A program made the position numbers and the translations under genes. This document shows, one piece after another, positions 37,948 to 52,818 of a stretch of DNA of 64,000 bases. The stretch's first letter is position 1. Each line of letters starts with the position of its first letter. A model generated the notes under the pieces. That model was not told where the DNA came from. It did not search any database and worked only from the letters and a program-made list of their open reading frames with translations. The stretch is from Blasia pusilla (lineage: Eukaryota): the NCBI GenBank assembly GCA_050084515.1, contig CM114271.1, positions 17,608,001 to 17,672,000 of the forward strand, in the 5' to 3' direction.

Positions 37948-40222
37948 TTCACCACCTCAAATAACAAGAAATATTGAGGCAATTGCATTTTCCAACAAGT
38001 CTTCTCTCACCGTGGGTCCGACGCCCCAACAACACCTCGTAGATCCCATGCTCTAGCTCCACCACAAGTCATAATAGTGTTCATCTCCACTTGCATAAAC
38101 AAACAAAAAAATCCAAATTAGCAAATTTACTATCACCATATGGTATAAGCATTGGATCACCGCCCGTTCGGACACAACCCAAATCATGTAGCATTCATAG
38201 GACACCCACTTATTCCCTCATCCCATGGATCATGCTAAAAAGGTTGCCATGCCACCTTTATTGACTTGTGGTTCTTGACCACCACCAAACCTGTGGCCAT
38301 GGGGCCATGGTCGAGGATAGACTCCCCCTTGGCCTCGGAGTCATACTCCCCTAGGATCACCGGTGAAACATACGTTCAATCCCAATACAACCTCCACACC
38401 CAAGTCTCCGCCAATTGCTTGTTTTGAATTATGTTTGTTCTTGCTTGCAAACATCAAGGTAGAGTGCTAAAGTGGTGTATGAGTGATCTTGTCCATGAAT
38501 CTTATTTGTTCATATTTGCAAACTAGTAAGAAAACACATCAATTTTTCTACTAATGTCTCTCTCTCTCCTTGCACATGTTTTCCTTAACATTGGTTGGCT
38601 TTGTAAGTGAGTTTATTTCCTCGTTACTAATTTTTTAATTAGCCTTGTCCTCACATCCTCATGCTATGTTGGCATGCTCCCCATGTAAAGGTGTGTTTTT
38701 CATGGGGTGGCTTATTTTGTTGGCATGCTCCCCATTTTGTGTTGGCATGTTGCGCTAGTATGCTCCCCTTGTTGGCATGCCTGGGTTCCTTTGTCTCTTT
38801 TGCCTCACTTCCTTTTGTTGTGCATCTATGTAGCCTCCTTCTCTTGGATGTTGGTATTGATTCTCTTCAAGCTCTTGCTTGCTAAGGTGGGGTATCTTGA
38901 GATTGGCTCCTACACGCACCTACCCTAAGCTAGTGTTTGGTAAGGTGTGTGTAGGTCAGCCAAGAAATAGATGTGCATCGGCATGGAGGATGCTCTAGAA
39001 CCTTTGGGTGTCACATATCCTAGCATCTTGGTTCCAATCACTCATTCATTCAGGTCTTGTAAACTCTAATAAGGTGTTGCCATATCAAGCAGCCCACGCT
39101 CTCAACATGAGATGGAGACAAGTTGTTCACACAATCCATTTCCCATTCACTCTTCCACGATTTGTAGGTAGTTACCCTCTTTCTACATGGTTCAACGGAA
39201 GCTCGTCTCGGGATCCACTTTCTATACTTTCTCGTGACTCTGAAAGTTCTAGAAGTAAGGTCTGAGAGAAGTGGAGCTCTGAGTTTAACACAACCACCGA
39301 GGGTAAACTGCGAAAGCAGTAACTGAAGTTGAAGAAAATGATGACACGAAGTGATGGGGACATCATCACTCCAACGGGTCGCATGAAACGAAGTGAAAAA
39401 GACACGCAAAGAGTCGTGATGCACGGATTTCAGTTGCTTCCAGAAGGCGGGCCAGGTGCTCGAAGTGAACATAGGCCCAAATAGCCAATGGGAGAAAATT
39501 TGATTGTCCTACGCTGAACCCCTAAGATTTTACCCGTCCGCAATTATTCACCGAGGGGAGTGCGTCATTCGCGTGAACCGGATCTGCAAGGATCTTATGA
39601 TGGGTTAGAAAATACTCTGCTTCTGAACAGCCAAAACTGTGCCAAAATCGAATGCAAGTGGTAAGATCAGACCATAAAGCCGCAGCCCAAATTCCTGTGT
39701 GAGATTAACACACTCATTTCGAGTGGGTAGCCCAAACCGAAACATTCTATGTGAGATGTCGTATGTCTTGAAGTACGAAAATTTTGTATTGTACCGCTTC
39801 ACAAATAGGAAAGAAAAAAAAACAAAACAATGCATGCCAAGGCCAACTAAGGAGAGGTGGACAAGTTCACATCCCCAACATCCAGAGGCCACATCCTGTG
39901 AAATGTTCCACGAAAATGTGGAGAGCAAAGGGGTCTGAGTGACGATGATAATCGATCATCCGCTCAAAAACATGTGTTTGAAGACTCTATTACAATGGCG
40001 TCAGAGAATTCAATGTCCGCAAATCAATCTAATAAAAGAGAATTCCACTCCTGTAGTGCCACTCCCCTCTTCACACCACTACTTCATGTGCATGCTCCGA
40101 CAACCATCTATTTATCTGGAGGAGCTGCAGCAATAAGATCTGGTGGTCACTGGACGTTCTATTTAGCCCTCATATCAGCTGATATGGAGAAGGTGTGGTC
40201 CACCGTGGAGGAGCTACGTTCC

Positions 40223-43200
40223 TCATGAATGAACCTTTGCGGTATGAATCTTTTTAATCTTCAATCGCAGTTTCTGACTTATGTCACCCTCCACTTTGCC
40301 CACTAGAGGAAGCCCAGATTTCTCCTCAGATTCACTTATTTTGCTTTTATTTACGTCCACTTTCTGAGATTTTCGCTCCTCTTTCTCTCGCCTTCGCATC
40401 TCCTTTTCCTCCCTTCTTTTGCGTTTCTTTTCTTGATACTCCACATCCTCCACCTTGGCCCTTTTCTTGTCTTGATTTTCTGATTCAGCATCCTTCTCTC
40501 GGTGATGCTTCTTCTTGTCTTTTTTGTGTTTCTTATCTCTCTTCTCCTTCTTCTCTTTCTTCTCACTGAAGTCTTCTTTTTTGACTGTGATGATACCAGG
40601 TCCTGATCCTGGTTTGGCGTCATTTCCTGCTGATGATCCACCTGATGGTTCTTGTTGAACCTCCTGTGACTGCATCTGAGAATATTTGTGTAATCCCCCA
40701 TTTTGTGAGGCAGCCCTCGAACTTCCGTAGTTACCAGGTTTAGGTCCACCTGACATTTGACTTTGACTTTCAACAGCATCATTTTCACTGTCGTCGCCAA
40801 GACCATCAAGACCACTTCCCATGCTGGATCCTTCTGGTATTGTAGCCAGGATTTGCTTTTGATCCTCAGGATCTGGTGTTACCTTCCGGACATAATCTTC
40901 TGCCGGCTCAATCTCCCCCTCCTCAAAACCTTGGGGTGTTCCAATCTCTTCCTTCACCTGATGACTACCCAAACCGACTTCATTTATCCTTCCATGGGAG
41001 ATAAGTGGACTTTCCTCACCTGTCTTCTCCTCCTTCAGAGTCACTTGCGCAGACATGGGTGATTGAGAGGCTCCAATGTCCACAACACCACCTTTTTCCT
41101 GTGATCCAATGGAAAGTTCCAAGGGACTGGATGCATCCGTATCGTCAAGGGAAGCAGGTTTAAGCCGTAACTTTACCTTACCCACCCTGGGAACTACTTT
41201 CACTGGTTCCTTTCCACATGAGCTTGCACTAGCAGTAGGAGCTTCTTCCTTGGGCACAGTTAGCCGTACAGGAACCACACGGATGCGGAGAGGTTCTGCT
41301 CGTGGTTGTTGGAAGATGACTTTCAATGGTTGGGTGCTCTTGGGCTTGAGCTCTTTGGGCTGAGTTATGTCCTGTGAAAGAGCCCGCTGTGGAGGTCTTT
41401 CTGCAACTAATGCATCTTCTCTTCGGAAAAGAGATGCAGACCTATATATGCACGCGCAACACACAACCACCATTGCTCATGGTCAGACAGCTTTGAAGGA
41501 ACACCTTTCAGAACACAAGCCTCCTTGACTACTACTCTCAGATCTTCTAATGAATATAAGTTGAACAAAACATTGAGGGTAGCCCATTGACAGTAATACA
41601 GCTTGGAGCGGAACACCATTTACCTGCTGGCAAGGATTTGCAACACACAGAAAATATGGTGTCGGAGGAGTACATTTGGAAATGAGTCAACGCTATCCAG
41701 TTTCTCCAACAAAGCAGCCAGTGCCGAACTACTCGAAGACATACTTAGTTCACCCTTAAGTAAGCACAGATTAATCATTTGCTCCATAACTTTACATTGC
41801 ACTGCATCGAGACAGCCCACTTTTTAAAGTCAAATACTGCTCTTCCAAGAGAATGAACCTTGCAGTTTTAGACATTCACTACTAGAACTCTTACTCCTCT
41901 AAAGACTATTCAAAACAGAGGATGAAGATCTAGAACATGGAATAATTAAAAGCTTCTTAGTGAACGTGCTACTCTAAGCAGACATATAGTTGAAGGTTCC
42001 AAGGCCTATCTTGATCAACCAACCATATGTGTAGTTTCCACAGCAATCTCCTCAACAAAATGTCGGACAAACAACACCCAGAACAATTATGAGAAATCAA
42101 GTTTACAGTTGCTCCAGATGTACAAGAGTGTTAAGTTACCTGTCAAAGACGGATCTGCTGCCACAAAACGAAGAGCAAGGCTGATCGCATTGTCCAGACC
42201 TCTAGACCTTGCCTCCACTTCGAGTAGGGACTGCAGTGCTGTAACCCGCACATGCCGAGTTGCACTCTGGGAATTTCCAAAAGGTTGCAAGAGCTTTTCC
42301 AAACGCTCCTACGAGTATATGGGTACAAAAAAATGACAGCTTTCAGCTACTCCAGAGAAGCTTGTCAAAATGACCTGTGTGACCCAAAATGACTTTATTC
42401 AGCATACGAAGGTTGAATAAAGCTTACCAAAGGTAGGATCTGTGAGAACTTCACCGCAAGGCGAGTTAATGTGTGAATACAACTGATGGTCAGAACACCG
42501 TTATAGCTTGGCATCAACCTGCATTACAATTACCATCCATACATCAAGTCCTGTGCGAAACAAGGAAAAGGCAACAAAATAGACTCATGAGGACACTACC
42601 AAAGCCCTAATCAAGAGGAACAGTCGCCTGGAAAAGCACGACATATGATTTACTTTTGATAGAAATAAACGAGGTTCACTTCACATGATTGTCAGGTTGC
42701 ATTACTAGGTAAAACACGAGAACTACCAGACTTCAACAGTGGTAAACATGTCCATGGTAGGACCCTTTTGTTCAGACAACAAGTGACATACCTGTCATAC
42801 TGCAAAAACCGATCAATTTGCTTCAAAAATTTAGCAAGAGTCTGCAGATTCTGTCAACCGGACACCAAAGTACACAAAAAAACACACACAATATCAACTG
42901 TTGCTCTTTTCATTATTAATCTCATGTCACCTTTGCAACTACATCCCCTACCAAACAAGCACATATGGACTTTAAACTCAAGAGGATCATTTTGCTTATG
43001 TTCAGGTAGCGAGTGGAGGTGCAATAGAATTGAATGGAAAATCTCCATACACATGCCAACTGGGAGGTGAACATTTGAGGCCCATTCCTCAAATGTCAAT
43101 TTTCAAAGTGATATTTCTTGGGCATCCGGGGCAAGTGCGTCCACTAAACTTTTAGGAAGGAAAGTATTACTGCGTAGTAAAGGAAATTCCCCGATCGAAT

Positions 43201-46200
43201 CCATTATCGACGAATTCTTCCCATCATGAGTAAAAAATGATGAAAATATCAAGTATTTTACCTGTGATCCAAATTCAAGGATCCCAATTGCTTCTATGAC
43301 AGATGCTAGCCAGAATACATCTGAGTACTGATTTCCGCTGTTGTCATTATGCTGCACAAACCCAAACATGTGAGTAAGCAGATTCACTCTTCAATTAACT
43401 TGACTCCAGACTTTCGTATATGCCAGTATGATAAGGTCCAACTCCAGGTATATGACTCGGTACACATTCCTGTAGTATATCAGACTGAATAAATATTCAG
43501 ATATCAATGACAATGAAAGGGATATACTATTTTTTACACAACAATAGAGAGACTTGCCTTCAGAATGTGTAAAATAAAGTCTGTTGCTTCCACTGGACTT
43601 TTACCATCACTACCACGAACTGAGGCCACTGCTCCCGGTATTGCCTTCAAAATATGGATAGGATATTATTGAATGAGAAAGACAATGATAGGAAGTACGT
43701 CCATTGGGAGTTACAAGATGGAAAAGAGGACCCCAAACTCTCATCCACCTGACACAGCTAACGAACTCATGAGAAAAGACTTAATCCAGTGAAGAAGATT
43801 AGGATCTACAAATACCTCAAGGACAAGATACTCAGCCAAATCATGGAAGTCATTAGATCTGCAGCCAAACACACGGATATGAGTCAGTAAGGCCTATAGC
43901 TTTCTGCCATCTCCACCTCTTTCAATCTTTCCCTGGTCACTACACCTAGGAGGAACAAAAGAAGTTGCTTCTGGAAAACAGATCTTCGTGGCTATGACAT
44001 AACTGTATGTTCTATTAACAACAAAAGAAGTAGCAGTTCAGAAAAATCCAACGTGAACTCATCTTCCAAGTTGTATAGCATACCTAGGAAGGCCAATGTC
44101 TGGATCGCATCTGCGACTTTTGAAAAATTTTATTAGGTGTGAAAGACCCGACCAGTTGGTGGCCTGAAATTTTTCAGAAAAAAATATATCAATTTTTAAT
44201 AGCACCATGAACCTTTGGCTCGATGCCTGAGAATGAAAGTTACAAAAAGTGACTTCACAGAAGCTCCACCACCACCAAGATCTTCATTCAGAAAAGTATT
44301 CCTAACCTCAGTCGCAGTGCTTGCAAGGGCTGAAGCTGCTTCAATCCTGACTCTACAATAAACCTTCATGCACAAACAGGATATACAAAAACAGTGTTAG
44401 AAGCAAGTAAGACATTGTTTGGGATGTACGGCAATTAGAAAAGTGGATTTTTTGCAATTGCACTCACAGGAGAGAAGCCACTTTACATGCTTGGTTCTAC
44501 TTACCTTGGAATCAGTGAGGCAATTGTTTAGAGCAGTAACTATCCCAAAACTTGGTCGTGGAAGAGCACACATGGCTGCAATAGCCTGAATTTGACCAAC
44601 CACATCGCGATCTTTCTCAAGTTGATTGATCTGTCCTCCACCAACCACAAAAATCATCTCCACAAATATTTGGGACCCTAAACAACTAGCATGCCCACAG
44701 AAAAACTCCCTTCTCTTAAAAAATTGAAGAGTAGAAATGCAACAGAGCCTGCACAAGGAAACATATTCCTCTTGAATGTTGATGCACTAGTACACAAGCT
44801 TGAGAACAACCTTCAAAGTTAGGAAGATTAAGTTTTTTCTAAGAATATTCTGCGCCGCAAGCTCCCAAAACTCTAAACATGTCCTACAGTATCCAGAGGT
44901 TGCGCATTCTACTTACTATTTGCTGTGCAAACCTTTTGTGAATCTACATATTTGCCACACGCCCAGATTCTGTACATTTTAAAATGCTTGTGAAAGTTGC
45001 CACAGGTTGAAGGCCAATCCTAAATAAATCAAATTATCCAGTCATTCCAGATCAGTTAAGGAGCAGGTCCATACCCACATCTGCTCAGGTTGGAACAGTT
45101 GTACGTCAGATATATATTCCATCTGAGGATCCGCCCTTAACCACAGCAATGGAGACTCCATGCTGCAAAACCAAAGCCTCTCCCTCTTAGTAACTAAAAT
45201 CTTCTCACCTATGGTACAACTCCCAAATAGGCCTGAGAGAAGAACAGACGAGAAGTGGATTCAGGTTCAACATTGAAAACAGGATAGCACTGGCATTAGT
45301 TATCACCTGATTCGTGTATCAGAAGCTGCAATGTCAAAATTTTCATCTGCTGCATCAGATTTACTCCCTTTTTTTGGTTTTGGAATGCGCCGACCAGCCA
45401 GTTTGGAATGACACTGTATATCCAACAGTTGGAATATATCTCCAGCCATGGGTAGACTAGGATGATCATACATTCCATCCAGTTCATGGACTCGGATGCT
45501 CATCATTCCGGGCCAACCCAAATCAACTGTTACAGGCTTGCTTTCAGTGTCCTTGTCGGATGTTGTCAACTCTGAAGAAGCAGTGGATTCGCGATGAACA
45601 GCAAGTTCCACTATATTCCGTCGCTTACCATAAGTAAAACCCATTCTGAAGAACACACCAGTTCATACTTTTCTCAGCACAGTCAGTACCACAATTTTCC
45701 AGAAGGGTCCTACCGGTCCATTTTATTGCCCTGAATTTTGAGACCGAGTATTCTGAATTGTATTTTTCCACTTCAAAAATGCTATACAAAGCAGGTAAAC
45801 GCCCACTCACAATTAATTGTGGACAAACCTTAAGCGGGGGCATCCTGAGGACTCAACCCAACGTGGGAAAAACTCCTTCAAAAAAGGACGCTCGAGATTG
45901 CCGAGTTTGTTTGCAAAATGTCGAAACTGCACAAATACAATCTCTATGTTAGAGGCAATATTTGTCCTAGGGTCTACTTATCAACTGGGCTCACTGATGT
46001 TCAAGGCACCTCATCTGGGTTCGATAGCAATTAAACCCCGATGATAAAACTCACCATCCATGTAGAGGCTCTCCTGGAATTCCACATAAACAAGATACAA
46101 ATCAAGACTTCTTCTAAACAACAAACATCACAAATCCTGATCTATGAACTAGGCAACATGATTCCACTCATGAACATGCAAGCTGAAATGGTACAGAAAT

Positions 46201-49200
46201 ATACCTCTTTTGTGCTTAAGGTGCGCAAGTGTCGAACCGGATCTTGTGCCCTAAGAATTATTCGCTGCAAAATCTGCATATGCAGCAGGACCCAGAATTC
46301 AAATTCACTATCCAGTATGTAGATCCGAGGGATTGTTGCAAACTCCACAGATATTTATCCAAGAAGGTCCACTTGTAGTAGTCATTGCATTGCTTACTTT
46401 TTTGAATGGCTCAGGACCCATTTGCTTCTCCAACATTTGGACCACTGCAGTCTGCAAAACCCAACATCAATTTGCATCGACATGACATTGGTTTGCGATA
46501 AAACCAGATAGAAGTGCACATTTAGGACTACATTTCTCGTCCTACTTCCTTCTCTGCCACAAATGCCAATCCAGAAGTCAGCCTATTTAAGGACCGAATT
46601 AGACACAAGAATTTGCCTACTCCCTAGAATGGAACTCTGTCCTGACCTGTACTCAGCAACACAAAAAACAAAATTTTGATTGAACACTCACAGCCTTCCA
46701 AGCACGAATCTGACCCAGACCACCAAGCTTCTCGACACCATACTGGTCAATTCCAGTTCCAGACGGCCAACTTAAAACTGGAGCTCCATCAACGTCCACC
46801 ATACATACAGCTTCATTGGCCTGCCCATTGAACACCATACATGTAGAGATCTCTATCAGGATGTGGCAATAGTTCTTCGCGGTAAAATCAACCACATCTT
46901 CCCTAAATTAGTTCACTCAAACGTTTGAGTGTACATTATAAACAACCACTCTGGATAGCCTACATTACAGCTGGTTAATGCCCGTGTGGCTCTCATTTAA
47001 GTGAAGTTGGTACAAATGAACATTTGAATCCTATCCCACTATGAGAGAGGTAGGTTCCCTACCTTATATCGACGGTAGCGTGCTTCATTGTTACCCATGT
47101 AACGCTTTACAAATTGGTCACATAAAAAGCCCGCCAGCCCCTCAAGCAACCATGCTGCCGATCAATCAATTCAACAAATGGAGAAAAAATCAGGCTCTAG
47201 TAGAATACCTTCCCTGGTAGAACAATCCCTTCCAACATGCAGCCATTCAGGGAAATGACATATGATGCTTCGAACATGTACAATGACCACACATACTATC
47301 TTCGATGACTTGTACAGACTTACTTCATCAGCATGTCTAGGGTCAATCAGGACAATCTGAACTCGCAGGACAAACAAGACATGGAGTATGCATGGAGAAT
47401 TACCATCAGCAGGAGTGTCTGGTGTGATAAACACACCAAACCATTGCTGAGCCAAGGCCTGAGCCAACTTCACTTGAGTGCTGAATGCCTACAAGCGATT
47501 GACAAGACTCGCTTCAGATTCTCATTGCACTGTATGCTTAGACAGTAAGAACGAAGCATCCAAAGCACTTGCATGGCTTTCAGTTCTTCGAATTCTCCAA
47601 TTCAATGCTTCAGTGACATGAGTTTGGCAAATGGGGTGGAGAATCTAAGTGTAAAATTATCATGCTAGCTTAATTTAAATCAATCTTACATTACAGAGAG
47701 TTATCACTAAATTACCTGGTCTATAATACGATCATCAACCAGCAAGTGTGAGCTGATAGTAACCATAGAAGCACCCACAGAAACTGAAGAGATAGTAGAT
47801 TCAGATTCGATGAAGACTTGTTTATAGCACCCATATGGAAAGGGTGCCCCAAGATACTCCTCATACGTACTGCATACACAGAAGAGATTGTTGGTAAGGC
47901 CAGATCTAGAGACACCATACACAAAGTAGTGCAGGCAGATATTTATTACTCACGGAAGAGACCCACAGACGATAATGGAGTAAATCTCATGCCATCATCT
48001 CCCAAGAAGAAGTTCCATAAAGTCGTAGAGACTAGCCTTCACATAGCTACAACATACATCAAGTAAAAGATATTTGGAGAAAAATCTTGCAGAGCATACT
48101 TACCTTGAGAGGAAGTGGAAGAAGCTAACTGTACATTGAAGTTTTGTGGCATCACCAGGCATGCACATATGTGAAATCATAGCATTGGAACGATCGGGAA
48201 GCACCACCAGAGGTGCAACCACCAGTGAAATATAGCTTGCTGCAGTTGGGATGCTTAGACTGTATGCATACGTTTTCAGGTGGGAGCCTTCCTTGCTAAA
48301 CACCTGAGCCCAAAAATGAATATCTTAGCCGCTGCTGGGATGCCCTTCTTAGCACCTGACAAGATGAAATAACTGATTTTCCCAAATGCATGGCATGATA
48401 TTTAGGATTTTCTTGCAGGAAGAGATTTCGCTTGAGCAGAATGTAAAGTGCAAAACCAGCAACCTTCCGCAAGGTCCATTTTGGTATAGAGAAAGTCGTG
48501 TGTCTGCATTTGTTGAGTTTTATGCAACTCGAGCAGCTGCCCACAACAGATGCACTAACTTCCCTCATCCCAAAACTCTGACAATCCCCCAATTTTAGGG
48601 GACAGCTTGCAACTTACCTGGTACAGAAGCTTCCCACTGCTGACAGCAATGTACTCAGAGGGTACAGTAAATTCAAGAGAATAACTGCAACCAACAAAAT
48701 CAATGATGAGCACGAGTAACAGAAACTCAACTACCATCAGACGCTTCTCACAAATATGGATAACACTTGCACATAGAGGATAGACAAGAATGACTAGCCT
48801 AGGAAACTCCTCAACCATGAAACCAAGTAAATGGAAAGGCGACAACTCTGCCATGAGAACAGAGCAAGAAAATGTTGGGGGACGATTGGTATCTGAGCTT
48901 TTCCATATAGTGAGACAATCTGTGCTCTTCTGATGTGTACTCTGACGTGTTAAGCCTTAACTACTGGAACTGTCTTCGGTTGGTGCTCACACCACCGAAA
49001 GATGATTTACCTGCATCGCTCTGATGTGGAGTCCACGCAGGGAAACCAACATCTTGCTCGCCTCAACTGACTATTGGTGTGTAACACATTTTGTTGAAAG
49101 TGAGCCCCTGCCACTGGCTTCTCAACCCAGTACTGCACATGCACCAGCTTAACTCGCTGCAAACAACCTCACTGGCATGAAAACATTACCCTGGCGTAAT

Positions 49201-49958
49201 CTCCCCTTGAAACTTGAAGTTAAATCAGGTAATTTTCAACTAACGGAGATCCCCCTATCTGATTACTCCAGCAGAAAAAAAGTACCTCCTGCATTGGGCC
49301 AACTGGCGGAGGACTTTCAATGTCTGCTTTTGTCTCGACCGATGCCTGCTCACCGCCGTTATCCTTATCACCCTCCATCACTGACGGAACCATCGGAGAA
49401 GGAGCTTGGCTGGCATCCATGGGGGTAGCAACATCAGCAAGATGTATCAGCAACTCGGGGATCATTTCCTCATCCAACGTGGCCACATATCTCCGATAAC
49501 CAGCATCAGCCGCGGCATCCGAGGAAAGGGATGAGTACGACTCATTGCGTAATTGTTGCTGCTTTACAGCAGCAATCTGCTGCAGTTCAAAAGTGGCGGA
49601 AACACCGTCCACCAAAACCTTCTCGATGTGCAGGCCACGAGCATGCAGCCCTATTGCTCCACTCTTAGGAGCTACCACTGTCAGCTCCGTATACCTGTCC
49701 ATTATATTTAATGAGATTACTTTAAGTATTCCCCACCTCGCAGCATTCCCGGGGTGCCCCTTACATTGATGACAAATACTTAACACAACGAAAATGCAAA
49801 TAACACGTCGCTCACCCAAAAATGCGTTGCTGCGCAATATCAATTGCAACGCAGAGCTTTTGATTGCGCACGGTACAGCAGCAACTCTCATCCGGCCTGG
49901 TTGCATCCGCAGTCGGGGCACGGTTATCCCTCTGCTTCTGCTTTTTCTGCTTTGCCAT
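40223..49958 (-). CDS. TAF2: Transcription initiation factor TFIID subunit 2 (multi-exon; span given)
   Basis: [118 protein letters not shown], and a Lys-rich C-terminal exon. Confidence 0.95.
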
Positions 49959-50795
49959 TAAGGTTTAGTACCTATTGCCGACCACAATTCCATTTCCCCA
50001 TCGATCCGCAGATCCGGTTAAACCCTAAACGAAAAGCCCCTCTACATGACTACGAATATTTCCAATTCAGCTCTCAGCCTCCTGCTATTCCTCCTCCTGC
50101 CACTACAGTCCCGCTGCTCTCCACAGCTAAATCCCACCTTCTCCAGCTCCAACTCCCCTCCCTGTCGCTTCAAATTCAGCCTCAATTTTCCAATCCCACA
50201 ATATCCCCTCCACCGTCGTCCTCACAGCAGCACACGCATGGCGTCCGGTCCGGAGCAATGCCACGCTCCATCGCACTTCGCACACCTGCGCACCTCGCAC
50301 AACCCCTTGCTCAACCTCATTTCAGCTGCTGCTCCTGCTCCTCTCCGCACCTCACCTCACCATCCCATCCTTCACCCCTCCACCGTCCCCACCCCTCAAA
50401 TTTCCTACTCGTCCACGCACGCGAAACACCATCACCTGCACCATCTCCTCCGCGTCGTCGACGATCCCTCGCCTCCTCTCCCGGACTCCCAAAAATCAAA
50501 AACAGATGAGATCCTCACTAGATCCTCGCCCTCGTCTCCCACATCCCATGATTCGCACACTCCAAGACTGTTCAAAAGCTCGTCTCCTCGCTCTATGCCC
50601 CTTTCGCCATGTACCCGCGCGACGAACAAATGCAAGCGACGGCCCTCGCAGGCGTCCGTCCCATGACATGCGACGGGGAGAGGGCATATATATATACACC
50701 GAATGGAAGAGGTGGCCGTCACAGGCACGAATGGGGAGTACGGCACGAAGTGAGGCGTCTCAAATCAGCTTACGGAAGTCCCATAATCTATAATA

Positions 50796-50831
50796 CTAGA
50801 GCGGGTGAGTTTTCACCGTGAAAATCACCCG
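50796..50831 (-). mobile_element. Helitron-like 3' terminus upstream of TAF2
   Basis: The minus strand reads CGGGTGATTTTCACGGTGAAAACTCACCCG (hairpin), then CTCTAG|T, with AT-rich sequence behind it. Confidence 0.55.
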
Positions 50832-51318
50832 TCAAGAGATTACATTTCGTTAATTTTACTTATTATATAAGTTCAGTTCGTTTATTATATGTTGGAGGAA
50901 AAGAAAAAATACACGTGTCAACATGGGACATTTATGGTCTCGACATTGTCTCCTCTAATAGTTTAGTTTCATCTAGTATAAGGAAAATGTATAGAAACCC
51001 TTTTCAAAATCCTGTCATGTCGACACCCTTTTATAATCTAGTAATTTTTCTTTCGTCTTCGTCTTGGATTCTATTATAAATTCACTAATCATTTTCTCAA
51101 TATCTTCCCACACAAATTTGCTCTCCTCTAAATAGGGATTTCTCGTTCCCTTTCCAAACTCCTCATGACATCCTGGTAGTTTGAGCCAATGGGTTTCTCA
51201 ATCTAGGATCATTCTAAATTTATTTAAGAGGTCACTTAAGAATTTTGGAGGTAAGTTAACTTCTTAGTCATATTTTTATACTAATGAAAATGGATAATAA
51301 TCCCTTGGCATTCACACG

Positions 51319-51780
51319 TGTTACAGAATAGGACACTGAGAGGAACGAGGTACCTAAGGATGACGGCCGTAGGGTGTCCCATGGTAAACATCTCTCTCAT
51401 ATACTTACGCGGAAAGGATGTGGGGACCAAAGTTCGGACAAAACCGGCATTCCGTTTCAAGGTCGCGAGTTCCGAGAGACCAAGAACCGGACCGGACCTG
51501 GCTACATGGTGTCGGGATAGAAGGTGAAACAAAACTGTGCGGAAACTGGTTGTCTCGAATACGTAGTGTCGGGGAAAAGTTGACGTGAGTGTAGACCTAC
51601 CGATTTATTTTCCGATAGGGAAATTGGAGAACGATAAGAAATTTCCGGGTGGGTGTAGGGCCCGATAGCCCCACGAAGCCCAGTCATAGTTCGGGAGGGG
51701 AAGGGGGGCGTGTTGCGGGCCTTGCGGCTCTAGGGTTTGTTTAGAGTGGGGGAAGAACTCAGGGGCTACGACAGCTAACA
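51319..51780 (-). mobile_element. LTR (462 bp), probably the 3' LTR of a decayed minus-strand element extending to ~52600
   Basis: TGTTA...TAACA termini. The purine tract AAGGCGAGGGTAGA lies immediately before it on the minus strand. Confidence 0.6.
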
Positions 51781-52818
51781 TCTACCCTCGCCTTGGGCTT
51801 ACTCAGAGTTGAGGCCCCGCATTTTGGGGTACTCTCCCTCCACCAGCAAGGGAGCCTCATTTCATGTGTCGATCTTTCTCACAATCTCGGTCCTCAACTC
51901 ATGTTTCTTCGTGCCCAACTCTCTCTCGGAGTCTCGGTCCTTCACTCGGGCTTCTTCGTGCTCATCTCCATTGAAGTCTGGTCCTCAACTTTGGCTTCTT
52001 CATGCCCAAATCTCTCTCTGAATCTCGGTCCCCGACTCATGCTTCCACGGATTTGCCTTTCTCTCCAACTCTCTAAGTCTCTCTACCTCGGCGCCTTCAT
52101 ACATGACAATGCATTTTGACTTTGAACTCTCAAAGCTTTGGAAGCTCTCTCTCTCAAGGCATATGTGGGGCCAATATGGCACATAGCTATCTCATACTCC
52201 CTCTTGTTGCACTTTTGTAAACCCTTTGGCCCGGGTTGTCTCTCTTCGTGTTCATCTGATGTTGTGGAGCAATAAAAGAAGCTAGAGTTTTTCCCGAGTT
52301 CTTGACTCTCTCTTGCAGCAAATCAATGGGTTATCTCTCTCTTTTTGTGTCTTAGATAGAAGGCTCAGACAAAAGGCTTGAAGTTTGAAATCTCTCTCGT
52401 TGCAAGCTGGAAAACTTGTTAGTCTTTCAAATCTAACTTGTAGACAAAGTGGCCCTCCCTTGCATGCTCACTCCTTATTTCTCCCTTGCAAGCTTGATGG
52501 TATTTTTGTTGATACATTGTTGTAAGAACTTTACTACGCTCAACGTTCTGCCTTTTCGGTTTGTTGCATTGAGTCTCCTCTAAACCTCCACTCCCTGTCA
52601 TTGAATCGCATTATGGCTAGCATACTTTCTAGACTCTACAGTCTCCTAGATCTAGCCTCTATATGAATTTTGCATTAAGAAGTGACCCAAGCGATAACTA
52701 TGAGTGTTAGGCAATCCATTGATTATTGCATTGACTCTTGCCGCCTATTTGAACTTGAAGAGGTTGTGAACTTATAAGGAAGATAGTAAAGATCTAGTTT
52801 ACCACCTTACCATCTCCA

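Noticed and set aside
49844-50746. Long Pro/Ser-rich ORFs upstream of TAF2
   Set aside because: They are antisense or overlapping frames over the GC-rich 5' UTR and leader of TAF2, with no domain signature.
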